Shown: one piece after another, positions 56,580 through 64,000 of the stretch
Layout: the number at the start of each line of letters is the position of its first letter
How positions within the stretch are numbered: position 1 is the first letter of the stretch
DNA from: Candidatus Bathyarchaeia archaeon
GTDB lineage: Archaea > Thermoproteota > Bathyarchaeia > 40CM-2-53-6
Reading direction: 5' to 3'
Assembly: GCA_049513715.1 (NCBI GenBank)
Contig: JBEKVV010000002.1
Span: forward strand, 448,001 to 512,000
Length of the DNA: 64,000 nucleotides
Position numbers and translations under genes: made by a program
Notes under the pieces: model-generated
Database searches by the model: none
What the model was told of the DNA's origin: nothing
The model's input: only the letters and a program-made list of their open reading frames with translations

Positions 56580-57959
56580 ATGGCAAACTCACGTGAACCG
56601 TTGTCACTCCCAGCCGCACACCGAATTAGAGATCGGGTTCTTTCTGTTGTGATCAAAGCGCTGTTGGCGGCGATTGATTCGGGAAGGGAAACGCCTGGGT
56701 TCATGTCGAATCCTCTGCTCCTCAAGATTCTGAATGCGTTTGCTCGCTTGTGTGGCTTCGAGGCCGAGAGGGCTCTTCAGGAAGAGGCAGGGCAAAGGGG
56801 GGCTTGGAACTTACTCAGAAGTATTTCCGAGTACGGTATCATTACCCCTCAAAGACTCAAGGCACCGGTCAGCGTTGTCTGGAGTCTGTCCTACCGATGC
56901 AACCTTCGATGCATGCACTGTTACCAAAACGCCAGCCAGCCTTCATCGGACGAGTTAACAATTAACGAGCAACTTGGAATCGTGGATCAGATGGCGGGGG
57001 CCGGAGTTTCACTTGTTGTACTCTCTGGTGGAGAGCCGCTGGCCAATCCTAATCTTGGAAAGCTTATTGAACGAATTCGGAAGCATAAGATGGCGGTTTC
57101 AATTGACTCCAACGGCGTTCTCCTGAACAGGGAGAATGTGCAGTACCTGAAACAACTCGGCGTCGGTTCAGTAGAGCTAAGCCTCGACTCAGTGAATCCT
57201 GAGGCTCACGACCGCTTTCGCGGACTTGATGGCGCCTTCAAGAAGACTTTGAACGCCGTGGAGCTGTGTTCAGAAGCTGGCATTTTCACCACCGTGGCCA
57301 TAACTGCCACAATGCTGAATCATGCAGAGGATGCCGAATTGATTTCCCTCGCGAGGAATCATGGTGCAGAGAGAGTCGTATTCTTTGACTTGATTCCTGC
57401 TGGGCGAGGAAGAGAAATTCAGGACCTCCAACTTCTGCGTCAAGAGCGGCTCGAATTGATGGCTCTCGTTAGAAAAGAGTGTTCTACGGAACGCGGTGAG
57501 GTTTTCACAGAGCTCCCTCAGTTCGTCGTCTATTCATCGATTGGAGATGGGGAATCAATCTCGGATGATTCAACGAAGGCCCTTTCTGTGGAGAGGTTCA
57601 CTATGAGCTCATTTTTCGATTGTTCTGGAAAGAACAATTTCTACAGAAAGTTCGCAGCGTATCTTGGTGGGTGTCCTGCGGGAAGATTGTACTGTAACAT
57701 CCAGCCTAATGGGGACGTAACTCCTTGCATGTTCATGCCGAGCTATCCGGTCGCGGGAAACTTGAGAACACAATCCTTTGAGGAGATATGGAACAGCCCT
57801 GTTTTTGAAGCGCTGAGGGAGAGAGACTCGCTGACGGGAAAGTGTCGCCAATGCAGATTTGTTGCGGTCTGTGGAGGGTGCCGCGCAAAGGCCGCGGCCT
57901 ACGAAGGTGACTACCTAGCCTCAGATCCAACGTGCCCAATTCACGCCGCGAAAGCCTAG
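56580..57959 (+). CDS. Radical SAM protein with SPASM domain
   Basis: CNLRCMHC, SGGEP, SLDS...HD.FRG; SPASM GCPAGR..C.IQPNGDVTPC...CRQC...CGGCRA...DPTC. Confidence 0.93.
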   Translation: MANSREPLSLPAAHRIRDRVLSVVIKALLAAIDSGRETPGFMSNPLLLKILNAFARLCGFEAERALQEEAGQRGAWNLLRSISEYGIITPQRLKAPVSVVWSLSYRCNLRCMHCYQNASQPSSDELTINEQLGIVDQMAGAGVSLVVLSGGEPLANPNLGKLIERIRKHKMAVSIDSNGVLLNRENVQYLKQLGVGSVELSLDSVNPEAHDRFRGLDGAFKKTLNAVELCSEAGIFTTVAITATMLNHAEDAELISLARNHGAERVVFFDLIPAGRGREIQDLQLLRQERLELMALVRKECSTERGEVFTELPQFVVYSSIGDGESISDDSTKALSVERFTMSSFFDCSGKNNFYRKFAAYLGGCPAGRLYCNIQPNGDVTPCMFMPSYPVAGNLRTQSFEEIWNSPVFEALRERDSLTGKCRQCRFVAVCGGCRAKAAAYEGDYLASDPTCPIHAAKA

Positions 57960-58177
57960 AAGCACCCGCGGCCAATGTGAATACGCCGTCTGATCTCAAA
58001 GATTTGTCTAGCCGACACAAGCATTCAGCTAACCCAGAAAAGATGTGCAGAGAAACACGGCGTCAATTGTGGAAGTAGTGTTGTGGCGATTACCTCGACT
58101 CAATCCATAGAGAAAATAGGCAGAATCCTGACATACCTCGGTCGGCAGTAACACCTGCACGGCAAAGATGGAAGATT

Positions 58178-58630
58178 GTGGCAATGTGTCCAGAGGATTC
58201 TTTGATTAAGTGCCGCGGGGCAAACTGTTCAATCGTACTGTATCGGGACGGCATGGTCATCAATGAAGGCGTGTTGAGCGGAAGATCTTACAGGCTCCCC
58301 CTTGAACGTGTAACATCGGTGATAGTAGAGCGCAAGAGTGTGGTCCCATTTGCCACAGGCACAATCATCGCCGCAATATTCACATTGGTCACGAAATACA
58401 ACGCCCTGTGGTTTCTGGTGAACTTGACAACGAACCGTGCAGGACAGTTGAGCTCGCTGGGCGTTTTGGCATGCATCATCTTCGCAGTTCCGACGCTAAC
58501 GCGTTCGCTATTTGTGCACGTTAATGTGACTTGGAGTGGCCAGCCCGCTTCTTTTCATCTGGGGTTTGTTTCTGTAAAGATGGGAAGGCGGCTGGCTAGG
58601 CGTTTTCAAGAGTTGTCTGCAGGGAGCTAG
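58178..58630 (+). CDS. Hypothetical membrane protein (2 TM)
   Basis: PH-like LPLERVTSV region plus two hydrophobic helices; 10 nt upstream of trmI. Confidence 0.6.
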   Translation: MAMCPEDSLIKCRGANCSIVLYRDGMVINEGVLSGRSYRLPLERVTSVIVERKSVVPFATGTIIAAIFTLVTKYNALWFLVNLTTNRAGQLSSLGVLACIIFAVPTLTRSLFVHVNVTWSGQPASFHLGFVSVKMGRRLARRFQELSAGS

Positions 58631-58640
58631 GGTTCGAAAC

Positions 58641-59447
58641 ATGGACAAGATTATTGCTGAGGGTTCACTCATACTCCTGCACTTCGATTTGAGGCGACAG
58701 TGGCTCCTCCGCGTCGTAGTAGGTAGGGATTTCCACTCACACAAGGGCTACATCAAGCTAGGGGATTTGGTTGGGAAACCCTTCGGCTGTGAGATTACCA
58801 GTTCAACTCTCGACAGGTTCTGGGCTTTGAGGCCCACAACGCATGACCTGATAATGCATACCGTCCGGCAAACGCAGATCATGTACCCGAAGGATATTGG
58901 GCTCATAATCCTCAAACTCTCCTTAACCTCTGGCGCCAAAGTGCTCGAGATAGGCACTGGGAGCGGAGCAATGACGGTTGCGGCTGCTATGGCCGTGAGA
59001 GAGTCGGGGCATGTGGATACCTACGAGGTGAGGCCTGAGTTCGTGGAAATTGCGGAGAAGAACCTGAAACGCGCTTCGCTTGCAGAATATGTGACAATTC
59101 ACCAGACAGATGCGGCGAAGGGTATTGAGGGTGAAGGGTACGACGCTGCTATTATTGATGTGGGGGACCCTTGGCCCCTCATTCCTCTAGTTCACGGCGC
59201 CTTGTTAGGGGGGGCACCCGTAATGTCATTTAGCCCCACCTTCAACCAGGTGGAGCGATCCACGGAAACCTTCGGTAAGGTTGGTTTCGTGAATGTGCAC
59301 ACGTTGGAATGTTTCATTCGCGAAATCCGGGCAGAGACTGGAAGGACGCGGCCCGCCACCATGATGATTGGGCATACGGGATACATGACCTTCGCCCAGA
59401 AGGTTCTTCCTCCAACAAGCGAGCAGTCTAAACCTTCCCCCGCTTAA
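58641..59447 (+). CDS. trmI: tRNA (adenine-N1)-methyltransferase
   Basis: FHSHKG, RQTQIMYPKD, VLEIGTGSG, YEVR, DVGDPW, RP...MIGHTGY. Confidence 0.95.
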   Translation: MDKIIAEGSLILLHFDLRRQWLLRVVVGRDFHSHKGYIKLGDLVGKPFGCEITSSTLDRFWALRPTTHDLIMHTVRQTQIMYPKDIGLIILKLSLTSGAKVLEIGTGSGAMTVAAAMAVRESGHVDTYEVRPEFVEIAEKNLKRASLAEYVTIHQTDAAKGIEGEGYDAAIIDVGDPWPLIPLVHGALLGGAPVMSFSPTFNQVERSTETFGKVGFVNVHTLECFIREIRAETGRTRPATMMIGHTGYMTFAQKVLPPTSEQSKPSPA

Positions 59448-59609
59448 GCCCCGTCTCTCAAACCCATCTATTCGTCACGACAGGGAATACGAAGGCTGCT
59501 GTTTGAGGAAATCAATGAACCAATCCGAATGCAAGTCGCGTATGCACTCTACGCAAAGCCTCGTGAGTGAGTGAGAAATGTCTACTGTCAGAGGTTGGCT
59601 GCTGTGCCT

Positions 59610-59987
59610 CTATCTTCCTGCCTCGATGAGTTCCAGCCAATTCCCGTCTGGGTCCTTTATGAAGGCGATTTTCGAGGTTGAGCCTTGCAATGAGAAGGGT
59701 TCCATGGCGATTGTCACACCCTTGCCCTTGAGTTCTCTAACCGTGGCGTTTACGTCTTCAACCCCGAAGGCAATATGATCGAAATTGTCGCCCTCCATCA
59801 ATGTTTTCTTGTCGCGCCAGTGTGTCAACTCGATTGCTGCACCATCTTTGTCTTTGAGAAAGGCGATCTCTGCGTTATTCTGTTTCACCTCTCGACGGCC
59901 TTCCAACTGGAGCCCTAGGTGGCGAGTGTAGAATTCAATGGACGTCTCTAGGTCAGATACGTTCAGGCAGGTATGCAGAAGCCTCAC
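59610..59987 (-). CDS. VOC family protein / lactoylglutathione lyase
   Basis: LLHTCLNVSDLE.S..FY, IELT.W, FDHIAFGV.D, AFIKDPDG..LELIE. Confidence 0.9.
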   Translation of the reverse strand: MRLLHTCLNVSDLETSIEFYTRHLGLQLEGRREVKQNNAEIAFLKDKDGAAIELTHWRDKKTLMEGDNFDHIAFGVEDVNATVRELKGKGVTIAMEPFSLQGSTSKIAFIKDPDGNWLELIEAGR

Positions 59988-60047
59988 AGGAAAATCCCGA
60001 GGTTAAGTTAGAATGAGCTTGGATTTATGTCAGCAGGTTCTGCGGAT

Positions 60048-60083
60048 AAAGAGAGGAAGGGTAAGGATTTTTCTTCCTTACCC
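60048..60083 (-). terminator. gdhA terminator: 9-bp stem plus pyrimidine tract
   Basis: GGGTAAGGA/TCCTTACCC (60059-60083) followed on the minus strand by TTCCTCTCTTT. Confidence 0.75.
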
Positions 60084-60119
60084 ACTTTCGTCCGTGATGT
60101 TGCAGTCGAGGTTGTCAGT

Positions 60120-61481
<1,362 letters not shown>

Positions 61482-61594
61482 TTACACCAATGTTTTTTGA
61501 AGTGTCAAACCTGCCGCTTCTCATTATGTATAAACGCTGTGGCAAGCTTTTATTTCGCGAAATGAGAATCAGCCACGCTTGGTTCGGGTGAACA

Positions 61595-61801
61595 TTGCTG
61601 TCAGAAAAGTCGGAGTCTAAGAAACGTGGAATGATTCATGTTGCTCTTGCAATTGTGGCTGCAGCTTTGATTATGTCGCCTAGCTACTTGGCTGATATCA
61701 TGCTCAAGAGGCTGAAGCTCCCGATAGCAGCGGTTGCCGTGATTTCGCTCGCGCTCTTCATAATCGGCGTCTACCTTGTAGTAAGATTGGTAAAAGACTA
61801 A
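61595..61801 (+). CDS. Small membrane protein (2 TM)
   Basis: GGTGA RBS before TTG; two hydrophobic helices. Confidence 0.6.
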   Translation: MLSEKSESKKRGMIHVALAIVAAALIMSPSYLADIMLKRLKLPIAAVAVISLALFIIGVYLVVRLVKD

Positions 61802-61813
61802 CTGCAGGCTTCC

Positions 61814-62617
61814 TCAGAAAATTCTCTGAAGCAGAAGATACGTGTAGGCTGTAAGCCCTACTGAAACGGCGAACAGGACTGCCCAGTATTGGCGTTTCCA
61901 CGTGAAGACCTTCCTTCCATCAAAGACAGAGAACGGTATCAAGTTGAACAATGCCAAGAAAGCGTTGATAGCAGCCCCGTAGAGCAGGGCCGCGTAAATC
62001 AGTCCTCCACGGAAGATTGGCAAAAGGATAAGAAGGCTTGCAGTGATGATTATGTTGACCATGGGCCCTGCAAAAGCGGTGCGGCCCATTTTGTCTTTGT
62101 CCGCGAGGCCTGAAATCACTACGGCTCCAGGTGCGATGAATTTTAGCGGTGAAACAATCGAGAGGGCCGTGAGCAACAGACCCGTCATGTTCAGACGAAA
62201 TTCAGCCCACAAGCCGTAGCCCTGCGCAACATATTTGTGCGAAAGCTCGTGGAGAATAAAGCCCATGGCGAACAGAACAGTGGCCACCCCCAGTCCCACT
62301 ATGCTCACCTCAAGTGGGCTTCCCACAAAAAACGAAACACCCGCAGCCGTCACCAACGCTGTGCCCACGATCAAATGCCGCACCTCGGTTTTGCTGAATT
62401 TGACGGTTCGGCGTTGTGGTTGAATCAGCGTACTCCGTGTTTCTGTTGAAAGCTGGAAGGGTGACGCATTTGCTCTAGCTGACCTAATTGCTTTTACGCG
62501 CCAAGTTTCGCTACAGTCATGATTCTCAGGGAGCCTGTGTTCCGGGCAATAGAAATGTTCGCAGTAGTTGCACTTGAATGGTAGGTCAACTTCGACGCCG
62601 CAAGTTGCGCATTTCAA
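61814..62617 (-). CDS. AN1-type zinc finger fused to an M50 family peptidase
   Basis: CATCG....LPFKCNYC...YCPEHRLPENHDC; HELSHK, AGP.VN, FNLIPFSVFDG.KV. Confidence 0.92.
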   Translation of the reverse strand: MKCATCGVEVDLPFKCNYCEHFYCPEHRLPENHDCSETWRVKAIRSARANASPFQLSTETRSTLIQPQRRTVKFSKTEVRHLIVGTALVTAAGVSFFVGSPLEVSIVGLGVATVLFAMGFILHELSHKYVAQGYGLWAEFRLNMTGLLLTALSIVSPLKFIAPGAVVISGLADKDKMGRTAFAGPMVNIIITASLLILLPIFRGGLIYAALLYGAAINAFLALFNLIPFSVFDGRKVFTWKRQYWAVLFAVSVGLTAYTYLLLQRIF

Positions 62618-62783
62618 CGGCTAAGTTCTCCATTCATGGAACTATGAGCTGGGTTCATACTTTTAATGTAAATGCTACCGTCGTCGGTTTCGTGGTACTT
62701 AGGAGACTGGCGATGGCCTCCATTTTTCGTCAAGAACTGTCGCCTACCTGACATCAGGCGTTGGCAAGCATCATGTACGCAGT

Positions 62784-64000
62784 TTATGCCGTCTGGTCAG
62801 TGGGATTGCCACGATAGGCGTCACTGGCTTCCCTGCCACGGCCGTGTACTTGGAGAAAGAGAACGACGAGCATTGGAATCAGGAGTAGCGCGATCCAAGC
62901 TCCATCAAGGAACTTGCTGGCACCGACGATAACGAAGGTTACCCCAGTCGCCAGAGCTCCTACAGCGTTCACAATGGCCTTAGGCTTCCACCCTTTACTG
63001 CGTTCGCGCCGCCAATGTATTACCATCCCAACCTGCGACAATGTCCAGGCCAAAAACACGCCTACGGCGAACAGCGGTATCAAAGCATGGCTGCTGCCTG
63101 AAAAGACCACGATCAACACCATAGCCGAGCCTGCGAGAAGCAAGATTCCGTTCGAAAAAACCGACCGCGAGTTCAACTTCATGAGTCGCTTAGGAAGGAA
63201 ACCGTCGCCTGCCATGACGCTCATGAGGCGGGGCAAGCCCGCAAAACTGGTGTTTGCTCCTACAGTAAGAAGGATCATGGTAGAGACTTGGATGATGAGG
63301 TACAAGGGCCCGCTACCTAGAAGTCGGCGCGCGAGCGCGGACAAGATTGTTTCTTGCGGGCCTGCGACCACAGCAAGATACTGAACTAGTCCAATGCTAC
63401 CCAGAAACAAGGTGCCCATCAAGAGCGCCATGATAATCATTGTTTGCCCGGCATTCTTGGTTTCAGGAGGTCTGAAGGACGGAACACCATTACTGATCGC
63501 TTCAATGCCCGTCATAGCGGTGCATCCAGTCGAAAACGTATGCAACAACAGAACCAGGGTCAGAGGTTGAACAGCTGGTGGAGCACTGGCGGTTAGTGAG
63601 CCAGGGCCCTCAAGAGAAAGTCGCACTCCACCGTATCCTAGCATGGGCAAATACGCAAACAAGAACAAGTAAACTGGAATCGCCATAACAATGCCACTCT
63701 CCCGCATTCCTCGTAAGTTCAACAGGGTTATGGCGCCCAGGAGCAAAAGTGACAGGATGACTCTGTATGACCACAGCTCTGGGAAAGCTGATGCAATAGC
63801 GTCCACGCCCGTTGTCAGACTCACTGCTACGTTCAGCAAGTAGTTGACGATTAGGGCGGCCGCGGCCATCAGCCCCGGGACAGTGCCCAATGTTGTCCGT
63901 GCAACCTCATAGGAGCCTCCGCCGCTGGGGTACTTTTGGACAATTTGATAGTACGATAAAGCCAGGACTGCGAGGAGTCCAGTGATAGCCAACGCGATGG
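62784..64000 (-). CDS. APC family transporter (YdaO/KimA-like), 5' end outside the window
   Basis: YPSGGGSY, NLRGMRESG, TGIEAISNG, ANTSFAGLPRL, DGFLP, LIPLFAVGVF; frame open to the window end. Confidence 0.9.
   Translation of the reverse strand, partial: IALAITGLLAVLALSYYQIVQKYPSGGGSYEVARTTLGTVPGLMAAAALIVNYLLNVAVSLTTGVDAIASAFPELWSYRVILSLLLLGAITLLNLRGMRESGIVMAIPVYLFLFAYLPMLGYGGVRLSLEGPGSLTASAPPAVQPLTLVLLLHTFSTGCTAMTGIEAISNGVPSFRPPETKNAGQTMIIMALLMGTLFLGSIGLVQYLAVVAGPQETILSALARRLLGSGPLYLIIQVSTMILLTVGANTSFAGLPRLMSVMAGDGFLPKRLMKLNSRSVFSNGILLLAGSAMVLIVVFSGSSHALIPLFAVGVFLAWTLSQVGMVIHWRRERSKGWKPKAIVNAVGALATGVTFVIVGASKFLDGAWIALLLIPMLVVLFLQVHGRGREASDAYRGNPTDQTA

Noticed and set aside
59457..59507. Imperfect nested inverted repeats between trmI and the glyoxalase gene
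   Set aside because: Weak pairing; cannot distinguish a terminator or ncRNA from chance.

Overview
Archaeal chromosomal segment, very likely TACK (best guess Bathyarchaeia), judged from a crenarchaeal-type PolB1, S25e, thermosome, Rpo6, CofE and a thaumarchaeosortase-like gene. I found no rRNA, tRNA, CRISPR array or transposase. The left part (1-26 kb) holds housekeeping genes, a likely arginine synthetase (ArcE/COG2403) and a Zn/Mn ABC operon with a DtxR-family repressor and tandem palindromic operators. The most notable part is a ~28 kb cell-envelope region (27.7-55.9 kb). It encodes two different archaeosortases (a compact Cys-type and a Ser-type), four proteins with sorting signals (three VPEF, one IPGF) including a 1471-aa candidate S-layer protein, and a receptor-like extracellular-TM-KaiC ATPase fusion with a partner KaiC. 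It also encodes three GT-C glycosyltransferases, a polyprenol-P-sugar synthase, a degenerate NTase-kinase fusion and a HAD phosphatase. This suggests coupled sorting, glycosylation and possibly glycolipid (GPI-like) anchoring. The right end carries a radical SAM/SPASM protein, TrmI, a glyoxalase, GdhA, an AN1-M50 protease and a partial APC transporter. All calls come from motif recognition by eye; no database searches were run.
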